Shown here: one piece after another, positions 40,501-51,607 of the stretch | Layout: each line of letters begins with the position of its first letter | Position numbering within the stretch: position 1 is the first letter of the stretch | Source: Zootoca vivipara | Taxonomy: Eukaryota | Reading direction: 5' to 3' | Assembly: GCF_963506605.1 (NCBI RefSeq) | Contig: NC_083276.1 | Coordinates: forward strand, 78,368,001-78,432,000 | DNA: 64,000 nucleotides | The notes under the pieces: model-generated | Seen by the model: only the letters and a program-made list of their open reading frames with translations | What the model was told of the DNA's origin: nothing | Database searches by the model: none | Made by a program: the position numbers and the translations under genes

Positions 40501-43500
40501 TGGTAACATCAAGCCTTGAGGAACACTTTCTACCAATTTCTAAGGGGTGAATTAGTTTCCAAATGGCAAAATTCTGAGCACAGTCAGACAGACACTGCTG
40601 CAGCAACAGCCCATATGCCCGAACAAGGTGATCAAACTGACCTAAAAGAATGGCAAAGGTTGCAGTAAAAGTTACTCTGATAGCATTAGCACAAAAGCAT
40701 TCCTTCTGTCAATCTTTAGCTAAGTAAGGGATCACAACACTGCATTGGAAGCTTTCCTGTAAATAAAACAGCTTCTGAAAATACAATTGCCTTCTCACAA
40801 CTATACAGAAGCTTTGTATATAAATAATATGAGCACTGTAACCAACAGAACCACACTATTCATAATCAGTGTGCAGGACCACAATTTTTCAACTCAGAAG
40901 ACTGGATGTTGAGGCACAATTTTAAGGAATTTCAGTTACACAATACACGAAAGGTTATCAGAAAGGTTTGTTTCTCCACACTAAGTAACCAATACAAACA
41001 TGTCTGCAACTTTTCATGTACCAGCTTTCAGTAAACTCAAAACTCCTATTTATAAACACCCACATTCTCAGTTTCAAATATAAAAAGACTTTGTGTATTA
41101 TTCTAAGAGAATAAGTATGCAATGTATGTCACACAATTCACATGATGGGACTTCCCTTTCTTCTCCTGCTCACTATATCCCTCTGCATGCTCCCGAATCT
41201 GTTCTAGAGGATCCTCAAACTCTTCAGAGCAGATTGGAAGGCATACAGGCATTATAGAGTGTAAGGGGAATTCATTCCAGAAAGAGTGATGGATGATCAT
41301 CACTCAATAGTTTTCTTTATCTCTCATGGGCCACTTCACTAAACAGAGGGTCCAATATTCAACCATCATTTAACCAAGGAACAGAAAAGGCAAAAAAAAT
41401 ATCATCAATAGCAATAGTATACTTTGTTGAGATGGCAGCAATAAGGAATGGAAGAGGACATTCATGACCTAGCTTCTATGCAGAGATTACCACCAGTTCA
41501 GTAAGCTATGGTTTAATTTTGTAAAACTAGATTAGTTTTCTTTTGTGGCTCCTACATAAGGAAATGTGGTCCCCAAGTTATGTTCCATCCCATTTTCTGC
41601 AAGTCACAGAATGACAGCTGCTTGATAAACTCTTAAGTATGAAACGAAGGACAGGCAGAATCACCCCCAATGACTTATTTTCAGCATTGGGGCATTCTTC
41701 TCCCAGAAATCAATGACGTCCCAGCAACTTTGGGATGAAAACAAATAAAAGGTAAACCATGTGCTCTTTTGGTAGCATTTATCTTTAAAAACTTCTAATT
41801 CATTTCAATCATCTATATTAGAGTACAGCATAAAATTAAACTCAATGAGAGGAGAGGGCAGATTTTAGTAAACACACAAGAATCAATTTAAAGGAATCAG
41901 TAACAGGACAGCCACCTATGTCTAGATTAGTGTTTCCCAACAGGTGGTCCGCGGACCCCCAGGGGTCCGCGAGCTATGCCAGAGGGGTCCGCACCGCTGC
42001 CCAGCGCTGCCTGGGGCTGCTTCCCGCGTCCGCAGGGAGGGTGTAGTTCAGCACGGCTACTGATTGGCTGCAGGAAGCGCCAATCAGAAGGGGCAGCCAA
42101 TCAGAAGGGGCAGGAAAGAAGTCTCCGCCCAGGCGAGGGAGGGGAAGGCTGGCCGGCAGGAAGAGCGAACCGGAGCGTGGGAGTGTGCGGAGGAATACAG
42201 CGCCGCGCCCCGCCGCGCCCGAGAGGACATTTCCTGGCGCGCGCCTCCGTCCTGGTTCCCTTGGGGATGATGGGGACGAGGGAGCGCCCTTCCCCGCCAG
42301 GGCCTTCGGGAGCTGCGTGCCGGTTCGGCTGCCTTTGGTCCTCGCAGAGGCTGCAATGCACGGCCTGGCGTGCGTGGCGGCGGCGGCTCCGCGGCCTCCC
42401 TCCCACCCGCCAGCTGCGTGCCTCAGCTCCCGCCAGTAGCAGACAGAGCGCAAAGCTCTTCCCGGCCCCGCATCACTCTCCTCTTCCCTGGTAGCTCCCA
42501 ACCCTCTGCAGGAGACTCTCCCGAAGGGGCAGGAGGAGCAAAAGGGAGCCCAGCGCCCCACTTTCCTGGGAATGGAAGAAGATGAGTTCGCCTTCAAAGT
42601 GAGCACTTCTTCCATCTTCCATTGCTGCTCCTGAGCCGTACAGAAAAAGTTTGAACGCCAAGAAGGTTTAAAAAATGTATTCTGTGTTTTTACTTGTAAC
42701 CAGGCAGTTTATATTTTCTTCTGTGGCTGTTCTCCTATGACAGGGTGTTTTTATGTTAATTTGCACATGCATTTCCACCAATTATGAAAACTATTTACTG
42801 TATGATATCATAAATACTAATGTCGATCTGATTCTCAGGGAGCTGTACCACTATAGGAGAGCTATGAGCTGCCTTGCTGGAATCTAAGTAAAAAAATTCC
42901 TTCCAGCAGCTCATACCAAAATAAAAAACTTAGTTGGTCTTTAAGGTGCTGCTGGAAGGAATTTTTTTTATTTTGTTTCGACTACGTCAGACCAACACGG
43001 CTACCTACCTGAAATCTAAGGTTTGTAGGTGCACAAAAATATTTTGAAAACAGCTGCCTTGGGGTTAGAATCATAGAGTTGGAAGAGACCACAAGGGTCA
43101 TCTAGTCCAACCCCCTGCAGTGCAGGAACCATCTCTAAACAAATTAATGGGGGTCCTTGTCACAATAGTAGCTCGATGTGGGGTCCTTGAGAAAATTTTG
43201 TTGGGAACCCCTGGTCTAGATAAACAAGCCATTTCCCAGCACTTTCCAGAAGTCCTTATGAAAAACAAAGTCATTTGACAATGGTTAATTGATTATTCTG
43301 TAAAAACAGCAGAGCTAAAAGAATTTGAGGGTTGCTCCAGAAGTTCTGGCGCAACTCTCAACAGTACACAGATAACCTCCCAACTTCTCCTTCATGTACT
43401 TCTGAAGTAGTTCACTTGGGGCCAAACAAGAAGTTATGTCAGAAGAAGTGAATTACAATAATGCAAAGCCCCTACAAAATGGGGTGGCAGCACTGATGGG

Positions 43501-46500
43501 TTGGCAGCACAGGCAGGAGAAGCATCCCCTGCTATGCTCTCTCTCCAAGCCTGCTTTAAGGTGGGGGGGGGAGAGAACCTTCCATCAGTGGTGCTCCATG
43601 ACTGAAGCAAGCCTCACTAAGAGAAATAGCTTTAAAGACTTTATTTTAGGAGGGTGGCACAGAAGGTTATTTACCTCCCTCCCCCCCCTTCATGATCTCC
43701 CACTGCAATTTCAGTACAGATTTCAGTACCATCCAGCCTAAATTGTGTTGCTGTCACATCTACTTTGCCCCTCAGTTGAGATGTTAAATGCTGAATGAAT
43801 TTCAGAGGAAAAATTCTAGCATGAACATGCTGAACTACAATGAACCAGCAAGTGATTTTAAGGTTCAACTGAGACCAAATATTTTTCTTCCCCTACAGGT
43901 GTGCTATGTTATGAAGTTTAAGTTTGTGCTACAGCTGTGAATGGTCACAGTGCTTCTTTGTATATATTTCAACTTTGTATAGAAATGTCACACTGTTCAC
44001 AAATGCACATGCACTCTCTATGCATGTACTGGCTACACTCTGCTTCCACCCACATGTGGAAATGTGCCTACACATTAAGAAAAATGCCAGGAAGAAAAAC
44101 CATGCATGTGCCACTTTACATAAATATGGCTGCCCTTTCCAGCATTTCACTGGAAGCATTATTTTAGGGATTGAAACCCAAGTGTACAGTATTCATATGG
44201 TGGCCAAACTTGTGTGCAAACAGTCCTCATACGCCTCTTACACAAGCAGTGGAGAAGCTTTGACCTATGGGGCCCAATCAGGCCTGCCAGGCCTTTCCAC
44301 TTAGCTCACGAGACCATTTTGGCAGAGCCATGCTCACCTGTCCTACACCTGACATCATATATTATATTGGCTGTGGGGCAGGCAAAGGGGGATTTGCAGA
44401 CATCCCCCATACAGTTCTCTCTAAGCACCACTCATCAGCTGATTGATTACCAGTGCTTGCAGGAAGTCAACCAACTGATGTCACAATGACATTGGGCAAC
44501 CTAATTTTGCCCAGTGCAGTTTGTGATTTTTGAAGTTCTGACAATAAGCTAATTGTTGGGGCTTAAAAGTGCAACACAAGGCTCTCTGGAAGTACTAACA
44601 ATCAGCTGGCTATCAATGATTGCAGAGCTGTGTGCAGCTCTTTGAAACGCTAACAATTGGAGAATGGTCAGGACCTTCAAAGCCATGTACCCACAGGGTG
44701 AAAAACAAGGTACCCAACATCACAGGAATGTCAAGTGATTGATAGGTGGGTGGTCCCTATCAAACATAGCCTGCAGAGGTCAAACTCTATGATCCAGACC
44801 ACTGACCAGATCTAAGCCCCTTTTCCTCTTTTACATTTAATGAGCATTCAGCTCCATTTACATGTTTGCTTTTAAACTGAGGGTAACACTTCATATATCT
44901 GATGAAACTGACTCCTGTCCATGAAAACATACACCACACTAAATCTGTTTATCTTTAAACTGCCAATAGATTCTCTTCTTTTTGCTGTAACAAACTCTCA
45001 GAGAATGAAAAATTACTTAGACTACAATTGTAATACTACTGGCTAGGAATAAATCCTAAAGGAACGCAATGTTTTTTTAAAAAAACTGTTTATTTGTCTT
45101 TTTCAGATACTATAAAGAACATTGAATGACTGAATGGGGTTTATTTTTGAGTGGACATGTATAGTATGGGGGGGACATTTTTCTGGCCAAGGGCTGCATT
45201 TTGGGCAACCTTTTGTGGGCCACAGGGCAGTGCTACGTGTCAGAGACAAAAGTGGGGACAGCATGAAATGTAAAAAAATTACTTTTATACAACAGATTAG
45301 TTTCTACACATATCTCTCTAGCCTCCATTCAGACAAACAAAAGGTAAAATTTTACTTCAAAAACAAATCTCAGCCAGACAAAACACTCAAGGACACTACA
45401 AACCCAGCAAGGGACATGCCTGGAAGAGTTCCAAGGGCAATAGAGCTGTGCTTGGCCCTGAGGTTATCCACCCCTGATGCCTAACTACCGGTATTGTCCT
45501 TCCAAAAATATCAAAAGGTATGTGTACATGCTGCACTTTGTGGCAGCATGTATGTTAATCCACCTTAAATTATGATCAATGGAAAATTACATTCCTCAGT
45601 TATTCAGTATTAGAATGAACTACTGTACATTGAATCTCTGAAAGAATCTGTTTGGTGATCAAGGTAACATAACAAGGTAAAATACTATGAAAGATCAACA
45701 TTCTGTCAGTTCTTAGATTCCTTTTTCAAAAGTTATCGAGGATATCCAAGTATCAAATGTAAGAGTAGTTAAGAACTCATTAAATACTGCACTTCTGTTC
45801 ATAGCTTAGACACATATAATCAAAATAGCAGTTAAAAAATGGTCAAATCATTGAAGTAGATCTAAAAGAACATCTGACTATAGAACACTTATCACCCAAA
45901 ATAAAGAAACATCATCAACAGTGTTGGAAAAATAGTTCAGCAATAAAATGTACAATCTTTAAACTAGTATTAAAGAAGCAATCAAGTTACAATTTTACCC
46001 ATTCTCCATTTAAAGGGCAGTACTGTGCCGGTATGTCTGCAAGATCGTTATTTGGTCACTAATTTAGCCAACTTCCCAGAATGTTCTCTGTGATCCTTCC
46101 TGAACTCTGATAAAAGATTGTGTTTCCTAAAACAATGTTGCTGGAATGAAACAAACACTACAGTCTCAATAGCTATACTCTTATGTTTGCAGGAGTCTCA
46201 CTGAGTATCAGCGGAACTTTCAAGATCAACATACGGTATTCCAAATTTTATTACTGCCAAGATCAGAGAAGTCAGACTCAAGCCAAACCAGGTCGGAGTC
46301 ACTTCAAATCAGGCTCTTCTCTCTTTACTAAGCCTCTCGCAGAACCAGAAAATCTATGCTCTCTGTTGTCTTTGAAGAAGGTAAATTGATGTCTAAAGCT
46401 AATCATTGTATTCCCTTTTCCATAATTGATGTATGTGGCACAAGAAGAAGAAAGGGTTTTGCAGCTAGAAACCATGTTACTTAACATACTGCAGAGGATA

Positions 46501-48552
46501 AAATGCTTGAGAGATTTTTTCAAAGTTTTCAGGAAATTTCGTCTCTCCCAGTGAAACTAAGGACACTGAGTTGATACTTAATTAAATAACCAGATTTCCA
46601 ACTAACATCATGTTGTTTGCTAGAAAATAATTTGCCTTCTCAAGAATTGCACAAAAAGAAAAAGTTACACCCAATGTGGAGGAAGAAAAGAACCATCATT
46701 CTGGGTATTGCATTACAAGGCTAACAACTGTAATGGAAAGAATACTGTGGCACATTAAAGATATAAAGCAAGTGGAATAAATAAAGACACAAAGTGGAAA
46801 AATATACAAGAATTAGTGATGCCACAATTACTATATCTTCGTGGGCAGGTATTGTGCTATATCTTTTGTTCTTGTGTAGGCTTTTCATGGCAAAAGAATT
46901 TATTATTCTTTTTGTCTTGAAGATGGTTTTGATACAGTCTTTTTTCATACTGTCTCAACAATAACAAAGTACAGTACAGTATGGCTTTGCTTTTAGGTGT
47001 GCATCAGGACAAGTAAAGTTTTAACCAGTTCTGTTTGAGAATATAATAAACTAAACAAGGTAGTCATGATAAGTCTAAAGGAGAAAAATAACAGCACACA
47101 AGTGCACATCTACTTCATCAGATATGGAAATGTTGAGGTCTGTCAATCCTTTTTTACTATAGATGAAAAATTACCTACTAATATGTAGTTACAGGTAGGT
47201 AGCCGTGTTGGTCTGTATCTGAAGAAGTGTGCATGCACACGAAAGCTCATACCAAAATAAAAAACTTAGTTGGTCTTTAAGGTGCTGCCGGAAGGAATTT
47301 TTTATATTTTGTTTCTACTAGTATGTAAATATTAGTAAATATTCCGCCTCCATCTCTTCACGAGACTGCTCAACTACAAAAGTCACACTATCTTTCATCA
47401 CCTGTGTCTACAAAACCTTATATTTTTTGTAGTACAAATGCTGGAGTAGTAGAATGATATCTGGAATACTATCACAAACCATTAAGCAAGGGCACTTAGA
47501 GAAGTGCTCTCCCTCTTCTCTACAAACTGCCCAGGCAAGTATTCTCTTGAGATAAGGAGATGAAAGTGTGGTTTTGCCTTTCAACTACCACAAGTAGGTT
47601 GTGCCTAGGAAAGCTATCCCACAAGAGTGCAATTGAAGCAAGATCAAATGTATTTACTCTGAAATTAAGTCTAACTGAATTAAACAGGATATATTTCCAA
47701 GTATGCATGGGAAAGCAGCCTCAGTTCCTTCTTGGTGCTGTAAATTACAGATATTTCTCAGAGATTTTGCTATATCAAATACTTATCAAGCCAGGAATGG
47801 TGGAAAAAAGCCAACAGTAAATATAAAGCATATTTACTCAGCAGTAAGTCGTACATGATATTTACTCAACAAGTGTGTTTAGGAATGTAACACTAATGAC
47901 TTCCCCCGACTGACCGCAAAAGCTGAGGAGAGAAACCAAAAGAGGGCCAATTCTTAAGAGAAGGCACAGCAGAAGTGACTTGAGAAAAGAGGCAGGTTCA
48001 GCAGGGCTCCTGGGACGGAGACATCCAGGAAGAGAAGACCCGCCAAATTCCAACGAGATGCACACCCTTCTTTATATCCTCGGCTCCAGCATCAAGTTCA
48101 ACCCGCTCACTCCCTCCTCCTTGTTGGTCCCTAGCCTTTTAAACGGACAGCCTGCCTACCCGCATCTTTAGTTGTGCATACACGCGTCTATTTACTGTGG
48201 GCAACCCGTGTCTATGGGCTGCGCCGTTTCCTTCCACGTGTCAGGAGGAAAGGGCCTTGGGGAAGAGAGGCGACCAGGGGGAAAGGACACGGGGCGCCCT
48301 GCTCCGGCCCCCTTACCAGAAGAACGTGTTGGTCCCGTCATCGTACACCTCGGACTCCGTGCTTCGCCGGCTCCCGTGCGTCGCGGTAGAACCAGTGGTG
48401 GTCGTGGGGGCGGCAGCGCCCTTACAGCGCCCCGGCGAAACCTCTGCCACGGGGGGAGAAGCCCCGTTGGGCTCCGCCGGCGGCTGCTCCTCTTCCTCCA
48501 GGGCTGCTTTTCCAGTGCCCCCTCCGTGACCTCTCCGCTCGGTGCGCCTCAT
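10794..48552 (-). CDS. PTDSS2: Phosphatidylserine synthase 2, 12 coding exons (join of the exons listed below), 499 aa
   Basis: Exon translations match vertebrate PTDSS2 ([68 protein letters not shown]). Exon lengths 236/102/83/68/135/51/114/119/115/146/186/145 sum to 1500 with consistent phases and GT-AG boundaries. Confidence 0.97.
11747..11932 (-). CDS. PTDSS2: PTDSS2 exon 11
   Basis: [44 protein letters not shown]...WRFFI; 186 nt. Confidence 0.95.
12414..13287. mobile_element. Tc1/mariner (Tc2-like) non-autonomous transposon
   Basis: TIR CCGTATAT(A/G)CTGGCGTATAAGACG; TA flanks. Confidence 0.8.
15314..15347 (+). repeat. (AAT)n microsatellite
   Basis: Seen directly. Confidence 0.9.
19636..19781 (-). 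CDS. PTDSS2: PTDSS2 exon 10
   Basis: [48 protein letters not shown]; 146 nt. Confidence 0.95.
20782..20896 (-). CDS. PTDSS2: PTDSS2 exon 9
   Basis: [38 protein letters not shown]; 115 nt. Confidence 0.95.
21272..21616 (+). mobile_element. Sauria SINE
   Basis: Full head and tail; TSD TATCCCTCTA. Confidence 0.9.
22916..23034 (-). CDS. PTDSS2: PTDSS2 exon 8
   Basis: [39 protein letters not shown]; 119 nt. Confidence 0.95.
23811..23924 (-). CDS. PTDSS2: PTDSS2 exon 7
   Basis: [38 protein letters not shown]; 114 nt. Confidence 0.95.
25464..25509 (+). repeat. (GA)n microsatellite
   Basis: Seen directly. Confidence 0.95.
25871..25921 (-). CDS. PTDSS2: PTDSS2 exon 6
   Basis: [17 protein letters not shown]; 51 nt. 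Confidence 0.95.
27335..27469 (-). CDS. PTDSS2: PTDSS2 exon 5
   Basis: [45 protein letters not shown]; 135 nt. Confidence 0.95.
28076..28554. mobile_element. hAT MITE (same TIR family as 138-227) with an internal palindromic repeat array
   Basis: TIR (T/C)ATAGCTGCCAAGT; 8-bp TSD GCTATAGG. Confidence 0.85.
28580..28685 (+). mobile_element. Short PLE pLTR insertion, hammerhead stem II deleted
   Basis: GTATCTGAAGAAG...CTCATACCAA...CAGACCAACATGGCTACCTACCTGTA; 15-bp TSD ACTAGAACTAATAGT at 28565-28579 and 28686-28700. Confidence 0.85.
28707..28842. mobile_element. Palindromic MITE
   Basis: Long inverted arms TGGCCAAACTTGGCCCTCCAGCTGTTT...GGACTACAA. Confidence 0.75.
29307..29374 (-). CDS. PTDSS2: PTDSS2 exon 4
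   Basis: [22 protein letters not shown]; 68 nt. Confidence 0.95.
32984..33164. mobile_element. Tc2-like MITE
   Basis: Imperfect TIRs with TA flanks; repeated AATCTAATGCAC motif. Confidence 0.6.
33245..33951 (+). repeat. Perfect 60-bp direct repeat (33245-33304 and 33892-33951) flanking PTDSS2 exon 3
   Basis: GAAATCACATTCTACCTAGGGGATACAGGCTATGAAACATAGGTTACTACTTTCAACATT occurs twice. Confidence 0.9.
33384..33466 (-). CDS. PTDSS2: PTDSS2 exon 3
   Basis: [27 protein letters not shown]; 83 nt. Confidence 0.95.
37085..37300 (-). mobile_element. CR1-like LINE 3' fragment
   Basis: CATAAGAAGAGCC...CAGACCAAAG...CATCCTGTTCTCAC pattern typical of an antisense CR1 tail. Confidence 0.5.
37753..37993. 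mobile_element. Tigger/TcMar-like MITE
   Basis: TA-CAGTGGTACCTC...GAGATACCACTA-TA termini; internal TAACCTGAAG repeats. Confidence 0.75.
38560..38803 (+). mobile_element. RTE-BovB 3' fragment
   Basis: Matches the 3' end of 1812-3178; CAA tail. Confidence 0.85.
39168..39269 (-). CDS. PTDSS2: PTDSS2 exon 2
   Basis: [33 protein letters not shown]; AG/GT boundaries; 102 nt. Confidence 0.95.
39689..39726 (-). ncRNA. Minimal hammerhead ribozyme (inverted copy; sense to the PTDSS2 pre-mRNA)
   Basis: Reverse complement GTAT-CTGAAGA-A-GTGTGTATGCACAC-GAAA-GCTC-ATAC; core intact, one change in stem II. Confidence 0.75.
40316..40353 (+). ncRNA. Minimal hammerhead ribozyme
   Basis: Identical core and stems to 54501-54538. 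Confidence 0.8.
42889..43012 (+). mobile_element. Short PLE pLTR/leader insertion with a 22-nt inverted 5' piece
   Basis: AGCTCATACC...CAGACCAACACGGCTACCTACCTG; TSD AATCTAAG at 42881-42888 and 43013-43020. Confidence 0.85.
43066..43130 (-). mobile_element. CR1 LINE 3'-end fragment
   Basis: Reverse complement ends CTTCCAACTCTATGATTCTA. Confidence 0.65.
44895..44992 (+). mobile_element. Old degenerate PLE pLTR/hammerhead fragment
   Basis: ATCTGATGAA...GTCCATGAAA...CTTTAAACTGCCA has the same layout as the PLE HHR and leader, but decayed. Confidence 0.5.
47188..47320 (+). mobile_element. Short PLE pLTR insertion with intact hammerhead (47215-47252) and an inverted tail segment
   Basis: Inverted GTTACAGGTAGGTAGCCGTGTTGGTCTG joined to the forward HHR. 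Imperfect TSD CTACTA(A/G)TATGTA at 47175-47187 and 47315-47327. Confidence 0.85.
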
Positions 48553-48860
48553 GACAAGGACGGCTGGTTGCAGGCAGGAAGGCGGCGGGGAGAGAACGGC
48601 GACTCAAGCGACGCCCCGCGCGCATAAGGCGGGCCCCTCCGCGCGCCCCATCTGAGAGGAAGAGGCGAGCCCAAAGAGCAACAGCGCGCTCCGGAGTTCA
48701 CATACGGCGTTTCATCACCGCTTGCTCGTGACCCTACGTAGGCCGGGGTCGAGGGGCGGCTCCGCGCTCGCGGAAGGCGTGATTCGCTGCCGAGGCGGTG
48801 CGCGTGCGCAGTCGGGGGCGGCAGCATGAACTCCACAAGCGAGGGCGGGGGGGGGGAGAC
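48200..48860 (-). promoter_or_regulatory. CpG island / promoter of PTDSS2
   Basis: CpG-dense, GC-box-rich sequence (GGGCGG) spanning exon 1 and the upstream region. Confidence 0.8.
48317..48552 (-). CDS. PTDSS2: PTDSS2 coding exon 1
   Basis: ATG at 48552; MRRTERR...[11 protein letters not shown](W); donor TG|GTAAGG. Confidence 0.95.
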
Positions 48861-49102
48861 AAAATGGGGCGTGGTTTTTTTTGTGTGTGTCTTTTGCTCG
48901 TGGGCGAAGAGCGGTCTGTTATGCTCTTCTAGTCCCGCCCCTACAGCTTTTAGATAAGTTAAAAGTCAAAGTTGTAGCCGTGCGCTTGCATGTTTTGAAG
49001 CAAGTTCCACGGCGGACAGTGGGAGCTACAAAGAGAGAGAGAGAGAGCCCCGTGGTATCCTAAAGGCGAAGACGTTTTATTATGGTGGGCTAGAATCTTT
49101 AA

Positions 49103-49932
49103 GGACGCGGGTGGCGCTGTGGGTTAAACCACAGAGCCTAGGCAGAAGGTCGGCGGTTGAATCCCTGCGACGGGGTCAGCTCCCGTTGCTCGGTGGTCCC
49201 AGCTCCTGCCAACCTAGCAGTTCGAAAGCACGTCAAAGTGCAGGTAGATTAATAATAATAATGATAATTTATTTATACCCCGCCCATCTGGCTGGGTTTC
49301 CCCAGCCACTCTGGGCGGCTTCCAACAGAAATATTGTTGTTTAGTCGTGTCCGACTCTTCGTGACCCCATAGACCAGAGCAGGCCAGGCACTCCTGTCTT
49401 CCGCTGCCTCCCGCAGTTTGGTCAAACTCATGTTCGTAGCTTTGAGAACACTGTCCAACCATCTTGTCACAGAAATATTAAAATACACTAATTTCTTAAA
49501 TATTAAAAGCTTCCCTAAACAGGGCTGCCTTCAGAGGTCCTCTAAAAGTCTGGTAGTTATTTTTCTTTTTGACATCTGGTGGGAGGGTGTTCCACAGGGC
49601 GAGTGCCACTACCGAGAAGGCCCTCTGCCTGGTTCCCTGTAACTTGGCTTCTTGCAGCGAGGGAACCGCCAGAAGGCCCTCGGCCTCGGCACTGGACCTC
49701 AGTATCCGGGCAGAGCGATGGAGGTGGAGACGCTCCTTCAGGTATTCTGGTACCGCTACAGTGGGAAGATAAATGGCGTTTCCGTGTGCTGCTCTGCTTT
49801 GCCAGAAGCGGCTTTGTCATGCTGGCCACATGACCTGGTAGCTGTACGCCATCTCCCTCGGCCAACGCGAGATGAGCGCCGCAACCCCAGAGTCAGTCAC
49901 GACTGGACCTAATGGTCAGGGGTCCTGACCAT
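49103..49932 (+). mobile_element. Sauria SINE interrupted by an antisense L2-like fragment (~49249-49748), itself interrupted by an antisense BovB 3' end (49336-49468)
   Basis: SINE halves are contiguous across the insert. Outer TSD TAGAATCTTTAA; inner TSD ACAGAAATATT. Confidence 0.8.
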
Positions 49933-51607
49933 TAGAATCTTTAAACCAAGTTCTGTGGATTTTGCCGCGAAGGACTAAAACGGCTTCCCCGCTGGGAAAT
50001 GGGAGTTTTGTCCTTGGAAAACAAACTGATCCTAAAACTTGTTGGTACGGAAGGAAGTCCCACCTATTTCAAAATGGAGGAAAATCTCATGTTACCATAA
50101 CAACAGCTTATTAAGCAAGTAGAGAAGGGTCTTCTGTAACTAGGTGGTGGGAGCATAGGGCCACTTTTGAGATCAAGTATTTTGGGTACACATAATAGAA
50201 ATCTGTTAAAGTGTCAAAAGCTGACCTGCCGACTTCCATCCTGGATCACAGATTTCACTACCATTTGTCTCCCACCATACAGTAAGGTTATGTCATGTAT
50301 AGCACAGTCTTATGCAGCCAACTTAGAAATAAGGTGCTTGGAAATTAAACAGGGTCTGCTGATTTCTCTTTAAGGTTTCCAGACTCAAAAGAGAGCAAGG
50401 CAATTAAAGGCACAGAAGTCCTGTCCTCTATTGAGACTGGCAACCCTACAGGTTTCATCCCTGTGTCTCCCCCCCACCCTGTTCTGACCCATTATCTATC
50501 CTTGCCCCCTTTTCGCCCCCCCAATCCCCCCCAGGCAGGCCCCTACCTCCACTTGGCGTAGTCTGGAAAGCGGCCTAGTCTGCTGCGGCCTATTCAGTCT
50601 GCTGGGCAATGTTGGGCCTTGTTGCTGCAAAAGGCGTGTTTTCAGTTGGTTGCTGTGGAATTTTGAGATGTCATCCGGTGGTGCGGCTTTGGAGGCAGCA
50701 GCGTGCTATCTGCCTTTCTGTTGGATGCTGCTGGAGTCTTCAGAGCTTCTGCTGGTGATGTCTAATTTGTGCACCACTTTTTGTGTTTAATCATTATTTT
50801 AGGTGTGAAAGGTGTGGGTTTTTAAATAATTTTTTAATGCTAGATACCTCCCTGATGGGCAAGGTGCGTTGTGCCCAAATTTGTTGCAATGCGGTTCAGC
50901 GGTTATGGTGAAAGGCTGGGACATCTACGCACGCAATGCCTACATTTATGTATATATAGATTTATTAAAATTAAAATAAAAGCATGCATGAAAAGAGATG
51001 TACCTAGGGTCCCTTGCACCCTGGACAAAAATATGTATTGGTGCCCCCCCAGTCCCTTGTGCTCCTCCCTGGGGTGCCCAAGGGAGCCTGCATGCTTCAC
51101 CTGGCTGCCCATAACAGCAAAGGAACAGTTTGGGGAGTAGGCGGGCTCCTAGCAACTCCGAGCCAGAGCGGACAGACACGGTTTTAGCGGGCCTGCACCC
51201 TTGGCAGGGGCCAACCTGGCCAACCCCTAGATACGCCCCTGTGCATAAAATAACATGATGGGTGCCTTTGGGATGTGTTTTAGAAATATCACAAACCTCA
51301 AGAGGCCAGTATGTGCGTCAGCTTCCTAACACACACTTGCCCAGCCATTCTCTTCAATACACATGCACGAGTTTCCATGTATAAAAAGTTAACATGAGAA
51401 TCAGTGCGTACACACACACACAAGTCAGATAGAACAGGTTCTTCTTTTTGCACTCACCTCTGACTCAGCAATCTCACCTATAGCACACTAAAATCAAAGG
51501 GGCCTCCAGCTTCTTCAATTTGCTTTTGGAGCTACCCCTTAAAAGCATTAGCATCCAAATACGAGAACACTATTATGCACAGTCATTACCTACCTGTAAC
51601 CAGAACT

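Larger units (their letters stand above)
41928..43213. mobile_element. Non-autonomous hAT (Charlie-like) element with CpG-rich cargo
   Basis: Termini TAGTGTTTCCCAAC / GTTGGGAACCCCTG; 8-bp TSD GTCTAGAT; subterminal GGGGTCC repeats. Confidence 0.85.

Noticed and set aside
51575-51607. 11-aa N-terminal extension making copy 1 a 912-aa ORF
   Set aside because: The upstream ATG lies in the target-site duplication (host DNA). The element start shared by both copies is 51608/54638.
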